Assembly: GCF_030144855.1 (NCBI RefSeq) | Contig: NC_082731.1 | Location: 23,374,001-23,438,000, forward strand | DNA from: Hypanus sabinus | Taxonomy: Eukaryota | DNA length: 64,000 nt | Direction of reading: 5' to 3' | Shown: positions 36,881 to 51,499 of the stretch, one piece after another | How positions within the stretch are numbered: position 1 is the stretch's first letter | Layout: each line of letters starts with the position of its first letter | Notes under the pieces: generated by a model | Told to the model about the DNA's origin: nothing | The model's database searches: none | Seen by the model: the letters and a program-made list of their open reading frames with translations, nothing else | Position numbers and translations under genes: made by a program

Positions 36881-37539
36881 TTTATGTAGAAGTACAATGA
36901 CTAATGTTTTGTAGCAGGACTGCACTCTACACTAGGAGAAGGAGAGACTAAAATGTGACTGTAAACACACCGGCCGGTTGTGCAGCGCACATCCTAAGTG
37001 CTGGCCTTCGTATGCCGTCCAATCCAGCAAGCTGGTCAATGTACACTCGATCGAAACACCTGCGTATTTCAGCCTCAGAAATGACCAAGCGGCCGGTCAT
37101 ATCATCTACTGGTCTCCGGAGGGGATCATTATTGGCGACATGGAATCGAGCGTATGGAAATTTAGATCGTCTGGGAGAGTGGCAGCGATGTTGGAAAATC
37201 CATTGCGTTTAGCTTGCGTCTGCGATGGTATGCAATCCTTTCGTCTGTTGAGTGTGTAGCTCGAGGAAAGATGTATCTGGATGGTTTCCCTGTACTGTTG
37301 TATTGATGTTTTACTGCCATATTGATGTTGCGTGGATCATACCTGCATTTCTTGACCTGCTGCTGAATACCGGCAACACAAGTTTTGTGTCGACCTGTAA
37401 GTGCTCCTTGCATGGAACAATTGATGCATAGTCCCAGTCTCCAGGACTTCCTAAATCGAGTTTTCAGAATTTTAGATAAGGGTTTAAACAGCAAGATGTG
37501 GTGGCCAATGTAATTAATGACATTAATAATAAGACGCAC

Positions 37540-37830
37540 CAGGTTCTGCAGTGATCTGGATGAGTTAGGTGCTACGGTAAAGAACAGAATCTCCAGAGCT
37601 GTAATGACAGAACTGATCTATGTGCCACGTTCTCTTGATACCAGATGCTGGAAAATGATACACGTTAATACGGGTTTGGTTGTTCAGGGAGGAGATTAGA
37701 TTTTTGGATTATTCAGCTCTCTTCCAGGGAAAGTACATCCTGTACATAACAGCCAATTAAATTGGAAGGGGAGCAATATTCTGTTCAGAAAATTTGCTAG
37801 TGTCAGGCGGTGGATTGTAGAGAGACCAGA
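37540..37830 (+). mobile_element. CR1 ORF1 (SGNH esterase) fragment
   Basis: Degenerate FRFLD.W.LF.G...LY...LNW.G.NIL motif, similar to 46980-47250. Confidence 0.55.
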
Positions 37831-40560
37831 GTTGCTGATTTTGCTCAGCATAAGAAAAATTTCAATTTCTAGAAATATTTATATTTACATTTCTTCCCCT
37901 CACTTATATCATCTATCAGAACACTTCCATCAAAATATGGATATCTTCACATCATCCTCTACAAAAGACCTTATTTATATAGCTTGCAGGTTTATATCAA
38001 TTTGCTGCAAAAAAGGTTGTCTTGTTTTATGAAAACTATTTGTTTTGAGTGTACCGTACATGTCAAAATGTACAAAGGAATGTATTCCATGATTAATTTA
38101 CGCCAACCAAAATATCCAGGGGCCTTCTCGTATATTCAACAAAGTAAAAAGTTCTTCCTCGCACAAAAAGTCAGGATGTTAAAAAAAAAGAATGTGTTTA
38201 TTTTTTCTGATGTGCATTAGTAATACGACTGCTGGGTAAGCTGAACAGAAAAGACAGTGGGTCCATTTCAAACTCCATCTTCAGAATCTTTTCCATTTCA
38301 CCCAAAAACATCACGCCAGTATGCCTGAAGTTTGGGACAAGTCAAAAAACAGTGGGTGAAATTTTCAGCATTTACTTTAACTTCAGAGCACTTTGGAGAA
38401 AACACCGTTTGATATTTCGAGAGACGATCTGGTCAAATGGGCCTTATGCAGAACTTACAGTTGCAATGCTTTAGTTCTATTAAAATCTGAAAACATAATT
38501 TCATTATCATGGATGTCTTCCCATGTCTTTGCTCTAACTTCTACTCCCAGCTCTTCCTCCCAGATTCTGCCCAGCTGCTCAACCTCCTCCAAGAACATTC
38601 CATCTGGATGCTGTGAAAAGTGCTAATGGAGACTTCACGTTTAGAAAACAAAACACCTACTTTCTATGACAGAACGATAAAAATCTGTTCATAGTGATGC
38701 GTTTTGTCTGTATACAAGTTCATATCTGAAATAAACGAAAAAGGGTCCTTATTGGGTATGTTAAATTTCTGCACTATTTGACAAATAAACATCATTTTTC
38801 CTTCATCAAACAAATCTCGTAGATAGAAAATATCCTTAGAAATGTAAAGTTTTAATAGTGAATTCATTACTTCTGTCTGAAAATGTGGATTGCCGGTTAT
38901 TAGAGTGTTGGGTGATATTTTTGGGTCGTTGCCCTCAATTTGTCGCCTCGCCCAGCAAACGCTGACTGTATTAATCGTTACTGAATTACGTCAATATTCC
39001 TTAAATAGTTTCATATTATTGAGGAAAAGTTAATTATAATAGGGTACGTTGCTTGTGAATCTTCAATGTCAAGCCAGATTGACGAGGTATAGCTGCAAAC
39101 ACCGTCAACCACTAAAGATAAAAAAATAACTTAATTCTCATTTTCTGTAGTCTGGAAAATCCAGACAACCTAAGCTACGGGGGAAGCTGTAACGTGGACA
39201 TTTTAATACAGCTTTTTTGCTTTGTTCCAGATGAAAGTAATAGACCAACCATTTATTTTAAAACTATTTTTTGGGGTAAAAATGACCGGAATCATTCGTA
39301 TTGGGTAAAGCAGAGGAGGAGAAATGTTCATTTTGAGCAAGGCTATTCGGCCAAGCCAAGAAAAGGGAAGAGTGCTCCTTCGCTCATGACCTAGTTTGAT
39401 TTTGTCAAATAACTGTAAAGGTATCTTTGAACAATTGATCAAAAATAGATGGGATAAATATGCATAACGAAACAAAATCTGTCTGCGAACACTTAAAGAG
39501 GGAAACACCCTGAGGGTCAGGTACATGCTGCAAATCCCTCAGAGGTATAGCCTCTGATCTAGTAAAATTGATTCTATAACCTTAAAAGGCGCAAAATGTA
39601 TTGATTCAATGGATAAGTGATTGGGAGAGGAAGCAGAGTTTGATAAGAAAAATGGAAAATCATACGCATAAAATGTAATTTTATGTGAATTTAGTCCTGG
39701 GTCTGGAGCAGATATGTGAGGTCTGGCTGAATAGCCTCAGCCAATGGCTTGATAGCTAGTGTGAAAAAGTGATGAAGGGCAGCCCTGCCGGTTGCCCCTC
39801 AGAAAACTAAAATTATCCGGCATACTATCATTAGTGAGAATTGCAGACAAAGGGTCATTATAAACTACCTTCAACCACTTAATAAAATTATTGACCAAAC
39901 CAAATCGTTTTCAATTGAAAAAAAATATACAGCCTTTCGACACGATCAAAGGTCTTTTCTGCGTCTACGGGAAAAAATAAAACAATAACAACAATCCGTC
40001 TGCTGCCTGTTGTGGAAATGCCAGAAACACTTTCAGTAATCTTCTGATATTGTTAAATCATCTACTGCCTTTTACAAAACCCTTTTGATCCTCTTCTATG
40101 ATAAAAGCTAACATAATTACTAATCTCATCGCTAAGGTTTTAGATAAGATTTTTAAGTCAACATCTAACAATGAAATAGGCCTGTAGGAGGCACAATCTT
40201 CAGGGCTCTTAAGTTTCTTTAGAATTAGGAGGAATTAGCTTCTGTCAATGATGGTGGTAGGAGGCAATTAAATACATGATTGAGCATTTTTAACTTTGAT
40301 TCTGATAACAACCCTGTAAATGTTTTATGGAGTTCATTAGTGAGTGCATCAGGACCAGGAGCATTCCCACTATTGAGCTGCCTCACAGCTTCTCGTATCG
40401 CATGTATAGATAACTGAGCATTAAGGAGGGACTCTTGCTCAGACGAAATGCCTAGGAGATGCAAATTACTGAAAAAAGAACTCCATCCAATATTGTCCAT
40501 CGTTACATTGCTCATACTGATAGAGTTTATAATAAAAGTTCTTAAATACAACATTAATCA
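37830..40560 (-). mobile_element. L1-clade ORF2 fragments
   Basis: SWLGRIALLKMNISP.LLYPIRMIP and REAVRQLNSGNAPGPDALTNE in the ORF track. Confidence 0.75.
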
Positions 40561-40989
40561 AATTAGAATTATAGTGAGTGCTCCTTTCCCATCCCTCGTT
40601 GAAGCAATAGTCTAAGTGTCATTTTTCATTCTCGCTAAGTACGTTCAATAACCACCTGTCCTTTCATCATATTCAAACAATCGTTGTTTAGAAAAAGTGA
40701 ATGTTCTTTTTGCTGCCTGTGTAAGTCAGGAGTTTAGTGAATCGCGTTGGGGTGTGATATTCTGCAAGTGGCTGCAGAAGCCTTATAAATATAATCTTTT
40801 TCAGGTGCCGCAAACCTTTCTTCCACTGGGTGCTGCAGTTCCGCGGCACGTCAGTTCTCCGAGACAGACCTTGTTAATATTTCATATAATGTCAGTAATC
40901 AACAAGTTGAGAATGTTGAGACGGACGTCCTGAGCTGTGTTTATTTCACTGCCAGATGTATCTTAAGAAAGTCGGTTGAGTTCAGAGCT

Positions 40990-41600
40990 TGGACAGACAA
41001 AGAAAGTTAAGATATTGTCTCCATTAGTGAGACTTATTTGCAGAATTGTTGTGAATAACAATTCAGTATCCCGCACTTCCTTTGCTTTAGACGCGACAGA
41101 AGAGCAGGGATTAAATGAGAAGCGATTGCGTTACCAGTAAGTGAAAAGTCCTGTCAAAGCTCAGTCAGCGGTCCCAAAGGCATTCGGCAGAATAGTAGCT
41201 TTGTGCCGTCTAATGCAATCCTCTACTCATTACTTATGTCATCATCTGCTACCGCAGGCGTCTCCATACAGCATATGTGACCACACCGGGTGTCCATCGC
41301 ATTTAACTCACCTAAGTGAGGCGTTATGGTTGCACTGAGAATTTCGAAAGGCATGACCACATCAATGGTTCTATATTACAGATTACTCAATAATCCGATA
41401 CTTAAAGGAATAATTTTGACGAGGGGTATCAGAGTGATGCAGGAAACCATGCGGTTGTTAGACAGGTGATATTAACTTCACACATACTGTCCTGGACTCC
41501 CTTGCGGTATAAGGACTCGATGAGGCAGAGTTTTTTTTCAAATGTGTTCAGGAAAGCTTCCTTAATCGCTACGTAGAAAGACAAATTAGTGTTTGTGAGA
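40990..41600 (+). mobile_element. CR1 APE endonuclease fragment, interrupted by an insert at ~41150-41340
   Basis: Degenerate DIVSISET...FRCFRRDR and GDINF...KCVQESFLNRYVE motifs. Confidence 0.6.
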
Positions 41601-42544
41601 TAGTTGATGACTCATAAACTCTGCCGGTTCCAACTGTCGAAGTGTCGATTATATTCTGCGTTTTAATGCCAAACTCTACCATCTTCATGAATGATCGTAA
41701 GTCCTTCCTGATCGGTTAATCCTCAACCAATAAAGTTTCTGCTATTTAACTGTGTGTAAATTTATAATCCAGTTCTAACTTATGGTGTTATCTTTCCCGT
41801 TGAGGACCTTTCAATTCTCTTGTCTACTTCCAATTTTCTTTACAGGCGGTCCCAAAGAGGCATCGGTGCAGGGCAGCAACTTTGCGCTTCCGAATGCAGT
41901 CTCTGGTCATTACCTATGTCATCTTCTGCTGCCTCAGACGTCTCCGCACACGTCATTTGTCCAGGTTGGCTTTGCACAGACTGTCGGAAATGCGCTGCTT
42001 TTTATGCATGAGGAATCCAGGCGCACTGAGACCCGGTTCACCTTTGAACCGGAGTAAAATAAATGTGAGCTCTCTTTGCTGTTTGTGGCACGTATCTATC
42101 CTTTATTTCATCAAGATCCCGACGTCTTTCCAGGACCAACAGGAAATTGGGAAGACATGAGGTAGCTTTTTTTCACGATAACCGATGCCGTGTGATTTTT
42201 CAGTATATTTTTTCCGCCTTCTCCTTTAAGGCCAGAATGATTTCATCCTCATGGTAACCATTCTGCAGGAATTTCGTGCTCAGTTGTCTCCGGTTCCCAT
42301 CTAGTTTTCCCATGGTTAACCAACACTGAAAGGACAGCTCTGTGCTGCGATACGTGATGACAAATATTATTTTGATATTCAAGTACTTTCAATAAACGCT
42401 ATTCCCAATGCTTGCATCCAGTGTCAGTGGAAGTAAAAAAGTCCGCGATCAGGAGGCAATTATTCTTGTCCTTCTGCATCGTCAATAGAATATTTGGATG
42501 TGTTACGTTCAGATTGGAGTGTGCCTTTACTAATAAGTCGTATC

Positions 42545-42720
42545 TGGCCGGTGGCGTGGTGGCATCAGAGTCGGACTTGGAGCCGAGAGGTCTCGTGTTC
42601 GAATCCAGCCGGATTCCAACTTGTAAGCTTTCCATCCGTGCTGGGTAAGAAGGAAATGCTATAGAAACGTCGTATGATTGGCAATCACGAAATGATTGGT
42701 GCAAAAATCGTGTCCCGATG
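42545..42720 (+). mobile_element. tRNA-derived SINE head
   Basis: A-box TGGCGTGGTGG and B-box GTTCGAATCC at tRNA-like spacing, followed by non-tRNA body. Confidence 0.7.
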
Positions 42721-43999
42721 ACCGGGAGGAATTACGTGCTCCCCTTTCCAAGTATTCGCTGCTCTGGCTTTTAGATGAAGGTTGTTCTCTGTTTCTTACA
42801 GGATAGATATTGGCCCAACGAAGTATTGTCTCCTTAAGGAATGTTTTAACCGTCGACAAGAGCACACGATCCCTAAGCAGCAGGAAGCCATTGATCACTG
42901 CTCGCCAATTTCAACAATTCTTCATATCGCAACAGCAATACCACGCCAGTCTACATCCTAGCTTTGAGTCCAACAATGCAGTACACGAACGCGACAACAG
43001 ATCTGCAGCACGATGTTGCAAATTCCCGTCCTTGTGTATTACACTTGGATGTACCGCCATCTCTATAGGAAAAAGTACAATTTCAAGACTAACATCGTCG
43101 TCTCTCTCCTAACTTGGCGACTCTAATTTGGTAAGTGGAATCTTTATTTCCAATGTATATTACTGATACGCTGCTGAGTTGCTTCCGCTGTTCGACCATC
43201 AAGGAAGAGGAGAGTGATTAGCATATCAGATACTTCGCCTGATTTGTTTCATGCTTTGTTCTCTGTGGCTTCCTCGATTCCAGGACTGGAACGTGGAAGG
43301 GCTATTCGCCTATTAGCATCAGGATATATCAGGGCGTTTGTGCGGTTTGCATACCAGTGAGAAGCCGAACGAACACGAAGGCTTATAAACTCTAGCCATC
43401 ATAATTTACAACTTGCTGTTGGCGCGACCCTCTAAAATACCATTTAGTAAGCTTGCTTTGTTCCCAGAGATATTCCAGGCCGTAGGATGCTCATCATCAA
43501 AGTGTATAGAACCGACACTGGCAGTAGGAGATCGCTTTTTGCCCAAACGCATACATCTCCTACCCCAAGAGTATGATGGAATAGTGGAGTAACATAATTT
43601 GCCCTTACTGCGCAGCCACCGATCACCCACACATCCATTTTGCTGTATCGCCCGGGAGAAAGCACAAGCAAGTCGGGACAAGTGGCCTTCTTTGTCATTC
43701 CAATAACATAACCTGATTCTTATACTCCGTCTTTCTCCGCACCTCGACGCATCTACGCGTATAGAAGTCCACAATGGACTGCGTGCAGTAGAAAACATTC
43801 TGGAAATGTCTCTCTGTATGCACTTTCGAATCCGCATCCAGCTGATCTCTAACAGCCTCTGCTTAAACGGAAAGTGAAGGACTTCGCATTGCGACTAGAA
43901 TGGTGAGAACGCGCAAACGACCTGTGGGCTTGAGCATTGGAGAGTAGTTGGTGTCCACAAATTCGTACTTATCGACTCACGCAAAACTCATTTCATTTT

Positions 44000-44480
44000 A
44001 GTTACTACCCTTATTTCGCCTAGACACCCGGCTCACCGATGAGCAGGGGAAACCATCTTGCTGAAAATTCCTTGACTTCACTCAGAACATCACACGATCT
44101 TACCAAATCCCACAACAAAATACTTACTTATCCATTGCCTTCAGTAAAGTGGAAGTCTGTATTCTGATGCCTCACAGCCACACCTCCTGGGGATCACCTC
44201 TCCACGATATCGTCCGTTATACATCGCTTACCCTGAGAACCAAGCCTTGAATGATTATATCGCCGATGCGCTACTGAATACCTACATTCAAACTTCCCAG
44301 TCCTCAGCCCCGGTGAAGAATACTTATGTGAATGAAGAGTGACAAACTGTCCACTTGATGGATAGAGTTTTCAAAACTCTCCCAGGGAGAGGATCTTCAC
44401 CAAACTGGTTATGTAGACCGCTAGGAAGATGAGTAGCAGACGGCGTTCATAACACCAAGCGTCTCCAAGGAACACTCGGA
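44000..44480 (+). mobile_element. Gypsy/Ty3 pol (RT N-terminal) remnant
   Basis: YIADALLNTYIQTSQSSAP and a downstream PLMDRVF..L.G..IFTKL-like segment resemble Ty3/Gypsy RT start motifs. Confidence 0.45.
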
Positions 44481-44599
44481 GATTCGAATTCGATTTCACT
44501 GTTGTATCAAAAAGTAATCTAATGAAAGAGAAGGGAACAAAGAAAGTCTCTTTACTTAGCGTCTTAGATTTTCTTTCCTTTGGGCGGCGTAATGGTCTT

Positions 44600-45300
44600 C
44601 ACCGCACATGGACTTAATTTCATTTAACACTAATCAGTTATGTAACTATGCAAATAATGTTTAATCAAACAATATATATATATATATATATAAACTATTA
44701 CCATCTCAGCACTGTACATTTAACATTTCCCAATTCAAACCTAAAGGTTCAATCTCTATGTATAATTTCCAAAACCTGTGGGACTTCTTCTTTCTTGTCA
44801 AAGGTAGTGGGAGTATAATTCTACCTGACAGGTGAAATGTTTTGCAATAAACCTTCACACTTCAGGCCTCCTCTTTGGGTGTAGTTGGAATTGAGTCTGG
44901 GAATTCAGGATATTTTTCTCACTGCGCTGGAGACCTTCCTTCTCGACGAATTGATTCTGATCTCCCCAAATGATCAATGTGTCGTCTCCGGAAGATAGAG
45001 CACATTATCTCTACCGTCCAGGGCAGTGATCTAGTTCTGCCTTTAATCTTTTTAAACACTCATTGTTGCTCGCCAGGATTATTTCCCTCGAAGTTAAATA
45101 TTGTGCTACTTGTCTCAGGAGTTTGCACTTTGTCTCAGCTGTTTGTCTCTGTAGAACTGCCGCAAACCACAGTGCAACATGCTTACGTGGATCTATAATG
45201 GATATGAATGATTGTTGAGCAGTAATGAGGGTAATCTGGCCCTCGACCCAGTGCTGGTTGAAAAGTTTTACATTCCAAACCACGAACTGCGCAGGGAGCA
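44600..45300 (-). mobile_element. L1-like 3' fragment
   Basis: Degenerate C-terminal region and an A/T-rich 3' end; assignment by eye. Confidence 0.35.
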
Positions 45301-46979
45301 GATATGCTCTGTGTAACTAATGTGTGAAATTTTCAGTTGACACTATTTTACACTTAATCTGGCAGAAATTTCCAATGCTATATCGAACACTGTTGTGGCC
45401 TATTCCAGTAACTTTCTTACTTCCCTTTCAGATGACATTGCGAGGATTTGCTGAGCAAACGCCCGGTGCATCACCAATCAAGTAGAAATTCTCTCAGACA
45501 TAAGCGACCCGTATTGCTGGTTTTGTTGACTGTTGCATTTTTTTACGAATGTCCTTCATGCAGTAGATATCTGTTCTCCACAATAGGTTGAATATGCAGG
45601 CTTCTCTTTCACGCTCAGTTGAAAGACTGTATGTCGCAGCCGAGCGAGTGTCTCTTGCAATCTTAATTGATTTATCGTTCTATTCTGTTTAACCCTTATC
45701 CAGTAACTCTTGTTAGTTTACTGACCTTAAATCTCAAGGCTACGCAGCAGCTGGAACCTCTATTTATTTGACGTTTTTTGTCGAAGCCAGGCTGATTGTT
45801 GTTATTTTGGGAGCTGAAACTTGAAATTTTATCTCTTGTTCTTCCTTGAGCAGTCCGTTTATTTTTGATTGTGCGATGTGCCTTACCGTTTTGCATACCT
45901 TCTGCAAGTTTCAACTTTAAAATTGGATTGGACTAATTTGTCTGAGCACCTACAAAAATGGAAACACAATTTCTTCCGCAGGCATTTTTCTGCTAAGACG
46001 TTGCAATTAATTCAAGCTCAGTTTCATTCCTACCGCAACTGAATTGCGTGTCTGCTGCGGTTTTTATTGATACAGTCATGTTAAATGTTTTTTTTTAATA
46101 TGAGCGCTGTTTCAGTTCCCAGCAAGTGTTTCTGAAAGTTATCTCCTAGATTTCCACAAATTAAACTGAGCGATCAATCATTATTCACAAAGTCCATCAG
46201 CTAGCCGTCAGTGCTCTCATAACTTCCTCCATTCAATTACGTCAGATTTGATTCCGCTGTTGAGAGCAAAAATAAAGTGCAATCCTTCTTTATATATAGT
46301 CCAGTTTATGCTCACTTCGCATTATTATTACCTGTACTCACTGTTAGCGAACACGAGTATTACGCCAGTTCCTCATTAATTTAAACCTCAGAGTCTGTCT
46401 CTCTCCCCACTTCAGAGGAAGCACGTGCTGCGTAATTTTATTTTTCTTAACCGGAACGTCTCTATGACCATTCTATAAAATAAGAAGAACAAAAAAATAC
46501 AGCGCTCAGAATTAAGTAGGTCATGGCCTCGGGCTGTTTTTTTTTAAAGAAACTCATCGCCTAGTAGCCCCACCTTGTTTAATTAAAATAAATCCGCGGA
46601 GAGGATGAACAAGGGAATTACCACTGTATTACCGCTTCAAAATAACTGAGTATCAGGTCGACACAGCATACTTAATAATTTATCACGAAGACAGAAAAGA
46701 CGAGTATTCCAAATTAGCGATATTAAGGAAGTCCGATTAAAACGCACAATTCCCAAAATAAGCACAATAGTGAAATAAGCATTCAAAAATACAAGGATAT
46801 GCTAAATCTACGGCACCAAGGCTGAATATGTGACCATATTATTTTCGTTCAACAACACCGAACGCTAAATTATAATTGAACGTAATAATAAAGACCACGA
46901 CATAAAATAAAATACAGACAGACATAAAACAGATACAGGGTTACGACATATGCTCCACCAGCTGATAGCATTATCCTAA

Positions 46980-47875
46980 TTATGACAGTCAACTTTGAGG
47001 AGTTAGGAAAGAAGTTGAAAATCAGGACATCAAAGGTAGTAATATTAGGATCACTGTCTGTGTCACGTGACAGTGAATATAGAAATTTAATTCGTTGGAG
47101 GGTAAATGCGTGGTTGATGGGTTGCAGCAGAGTGCAGGGAATCAGATTTTTGGATCATTGGGAACTCCTCCACGCAGGTGTGACCTTTACAAAAATAATG
47201 GGTTGCTCTTGCATTCGAGGGGACATATGTTCTGGCGAGAAGGTTTGCTAAGGCTATAGGGGAAAATTCAATCCAGAATTGCAGAGCAGTGGGAACCGAA
47301 CTGAAGTGTCGGAGGAAAGAGAAGTTTGCTCACAATTAGACAATGATTGGAGACAGTGCGAAAGGGAGAATAATCAAGTGACAGAGAGGGAATGCGCTCA
47401 GTCCGATTAACTGAGATGTGCCTATTTTACTGCGAGGTGTATCGTGAATAAAGCGGATGAGATTAGAGAGTGGATGAGCACTTCGAGCTATGATGTTGAG
47501 GCTATTACAGACACTTGGATGGTGTAGGTTTAGAAATGGGTACTTTAAATGCCAGGCTTTAGATGTTCCAGAAAAATATAAGGAGGGTGGCAAACAAGAT
47601 CGGGTGTGGCACAGTTGATCAGAGGAAGAGTCACGGTGACTGGAAATGAGTTATTCAAGGAGTTGTCCACGGAGTCACTGCGGGTGGAATTTAGGAATAG
47701 TAAGGGGACAATAACTCTCCAGGGTTTTTTTTTTATCGACTATCCAATAGTAACAGGGGCATCGTGGAGCAGATCGGGAGACAGACTCTGAAAAGTAATA
47801 ATAATAACAGGGTTGTCATAGTGGGGGATTTAAATTTTTCACATATTGATTGGTATCTCCATAGAATGAGGGGGG
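46980..47875 (+). mobile_element. CR1 ORF1 esterase end + ORF2 APE start
   Basis: KLKIRTSKVVILG...VNAWL...IRFLDHW; later CVYFTARCIVNKADEIR...YDVEAITDTW. Confidence 0.75.
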
Positions 47876-47884
47876 TTTAAAATG

Positions 47885-48810
47885 GCTACAGCAACCACGT
47901 ACCACACGCTGGAGGAACTCAGCAGGTCGGACAGCATCCGAGGAAACGAACAATCGAGTTTTCGGGCCAAGACGCTTCGTCGTGACTGAAGAGGGAGAGG
48001 GCAGTGTCCCTATAAAGAAAGGCAGGGGATGGTGGGAAGGAGAGTGTTGGTAGGTGTCAGCTTAAAATAAGACGATCAGAGGGAAGTTCAAGGGTCGGGG
48101 TAGTGGAAGCAGATAGGGGATATGCAGGAAAGATGATGAAGTAATGTATGATAAAAGCACTGTGTAGTAGACGAAGGCAAAATCATGAAAGAGTTGAGTG
48201 ACAGCTGGAGGAGGAGGCAGCGTGAATCTGAGATGGGTGAAGGGAGAGGGTGGTAATGACTGGGAGTTGGAGGATACAATGTTCATGCCAAATGGCTGGA
48301 GACTACTCAGCCGGTATTTGAGGAGTTGCTTCTCCAAACTGAGTTTGGTCTCATCATGGCAGTAGAGGTTCCATGTATGGATATAACCGAGTGCGAATGT
48401 GAAGTAGAGTTGAAGTGGGTGGCAACTGGGAGATCCTGTCTGTTGTGGCTAACGGAGCGGAGATGCGAGACAAAGCGTTCCCCCAATCTGCGTCGGGTCT
48501 CAGCGATATAGAGGAGTTCGCAGCGGGAGCACCGGATGCAATAGGTGGCCACAACAGTCGCAGAGGTGAAGTGTTGCCTCACGTGGAAGGACTGTTTGGA
48601 GCCCTGAATGTTGTCATGAGATGAGGTGAAGCAATTAAGTTTTCAGCGATAAGTGGCAAGTGGCAGATCCGTTGGGAGGGAAGTGTGGACCAGGGATTCG
48701 CTGTGGGGACGATCTGTGCCAAAAGCGGAGAGGGTTAAAGAATGAGAACTTTTGAGATGTCCTTGAACGGAAAACCTTATCCTGGGAGCAGCTGCGGCGG
48801 AGACAGAGGA
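47885..48810 (-). mobile_element. Penelope-like element 3' fragment
   Basis: YCIRCSRCELLYIAETRRRLGERFVSHLRSV...HFNSTSHSHS (GIY-YIG). Confidence 0.85.
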
Positions 48811-49049
48811 ATTGGGAATAGGGAATAGAATTTTTGCATTTTGCAGGTTGGGAACTCCTCTTTCAAGCCGTTGTAATTTCCCAAAAGACACTTTAATACT
48901 GCTACTGCACAGGTTATTGTATCCGTATCAAATTTCAAGTATAATTCAATCATATTTTGATCACTGGCTTCTAAACGTTTTTTGTTCCATAATCGCCTCT
49001 GGTTCATTAGATAATACCTAATGCAGTACAGATGATCCCCTGTTAGATT

Positions 49050-50400
49050 CAACCACAAACTGCTCTAAAATGCTATACCTTAAGCATTCAACCTTCTCGA
49101 TAACTTGAGATCCAATATTAACATAGTAACGTCCATTTACGTTTGCTGTTTCTTAACTGAACCCACAAGAATACAACTTCCTCTGATCCTATGTCACTCC
49201 TTTCTACTGATGCTATCCCATTCTTTAGCAGTTGTGCCACACCATCGCATCTAGCTGCCATCCGCTTCTCCGATATACGACGTAAATGTGGACATTCATC
49301 CCCCAAATACAACCGTTCATCAGCCAGGACTCAGTGAACGTCACCGCATTATACCTGGCAATCTGTAATACTGAAACAAGGTCATTCACATTATATATTA
49401 TATTCCACGCATTAAAAAAAAAACAGATATAATACCATATTTTGCTTTGTTTTTCTGATGGGTCGATACAATAATATTATCCTAATTATTCTCTACTCAG
49501 CCTGTTGACTGCAATGTTGAAACATAACTTAACTGCCCCTTCTGGCAGTTTCCTACACAATATATTTTTTTTTCACATTCTGGCCGATCCTATTTCCCTT
49601 CAATCAGGTTCCAACGCGTGCCAAATTATTTGAAACCCTCCCAAACAACTCTAACAAACCTTCTCGCGAGAAGATAGGTCCTACTCGGGGTCAGATGCAA
49701 GCCGTTACCTTTGAACAGGTGATACCTCCGAAGCAGCGATCACAATTGTTAAGAACCTGCGGACCTGACACTTGCATGAGCTTCTTCAAACACGCATTTA
49801 TTTTCCAGAGCATCCTGTTACGCTCACTAACGCGTGGCACAGGCGGAAATCCAGACATTACTAACCGGGAGATCCTGTCTTCTTAGCTTTCTATCCGCTT
49901 TTCTAACTGTCTATTCAAGGATTCATTGCTTTACCTTCATATATAATTGGTACAAAGATATAGCTGGTAATCTGGCTTCTCCCCATCCCTCTTTGAAATG
50001 CTGCGGACGCAGTCTGTCATATCCTGGCTCTGGCACGTAGGAAGCAACATATCATCCGGCTATCCGGTTAACGTCCACAGAATTCCTTGTTTATTCCCCT
50101 CACTATTGAGTCACCTATCATTACCGCTCCCTTCTTTTTCTCTATCCTTCTGCACCATGGACCCACGCTCAGTGCCTGTACCCCGGTCGCTGTGGCATTC
50201 TCCCAGGAAGTCATCCTCCACAAAATTAGACAATGAGTGATAATTGCTTCTGAGGGGTTTAGCAACAAGGGTGCTCTGCTCTAACAGTCTATTTCATTTT
50301 TTTTTCTGTTAACCCAGCTGTTTGCCTTCTGCAACTTCGGAATGACCACTTGCTGTATCGTTGATCAACTATAGCCTTATCCGTACAAGCCGAAGGCCCT
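49050..50400 (-). mobile_element. CR1 5' portion (ORF1 esterase + APE start)
   Basis: AVMIGDSIVRGINKEFCGR and GVAQLLKNGIASVERSDI...WVQLRNSK in the ORF track. Confidence 0.7.
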
Positions 50401-51499
50401 CCAATTGTTGCTGTCTATCCACAGCAAGATATTCAAGAAACTACAGCCGGTTTGCACTTCACGTATATCTTGTTCCCCGTTACTAACTAACTGAATATGC
50501 AATTAACTAATAAAAAAAAGAAAATGCCAAACGAAGGGTACATATAAAAATAATCACAAAAGAAAATAAACACATTGATAAGAGAGGAAAAACAGATGTA
50601 TAAATCATCAAATATTTCGATAAGCAGTCAAGGATCAACAAACCGTTGGAAATATTGTGACGCAGATAGATGCATAGATAAGTACAAGCCAATAAACAAA
50701 TGACCTGTCAAATTATTCAGCTGACACGGCGCCTCCGAATGGTAAATACAAACAAAGGTACAGATGTCCCAAGACGTGTGAATATATTCATCTACATCCG
50801 AAGGAAAATAGGAATACACAGTTACTATCAGTTCCAGGCAGTCGTGATTTCCTGCACAGACAATTACGTCCTTCTGTAAAATATTCTGCTCCTTATGTTT
50901 TATGGACCCCTACTGAAATAGTCAGCCGGCACGATAAGAAGACGATGGACTGATTGGAACAAAGGGGCCCAGATGGTAAACACAAACCATATCAGAAATG
51001 AATAATATAAGAGCGAAAAATCGAAGACGATAAATGCAGATAATCCCTTGAGAAACAAAAACAATGGAGCACCATCAATAATCAAACAGATGTTTAACAG
51101 AATCTGATTACTTATAACTACTTTGTCAAGTTCCAAACATCACTAGCAAATTCTTATTTAAAATACAAGCTCATAAATGTAACAATGACATGATAGGATT
51201 TCCAGCCGTACTGCATTTTAGCTTGTGATTCCTACAAATTATATTAAGACCGATCTATCATTACAGATATAACAGTCCGTAATAACAAGCCAAATATAAT
51301 ATAGAAATCTAAACAAAGAGAATAAATAAATATTTGCAGCCATCCCAGATAAACCCAACACGCAGTCATCAATAAGTTGAAAAATATACAGCAGAAACGT
51401 GCTGATCTAAATGAGAATAATAATATCCTCTACATTTGGATTCATCCCAAAGTCACGATAGCATTGCAAAAATAAATAAATAAATAAATAAAGAATTAG

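Noticed and set aside
42545-42620. tRNA-like A/B boxes
   Set aside because: No complete cloverleaf; called a SINE head rather than a tRNA gene.
45130-45240. CACTGTG-21-ACAAACAGC with an upstream HYC codon run on the minus strand
   Set aside because: Spacer length is wrong, there is no V framework upstream, and the region looks like L1 debris.
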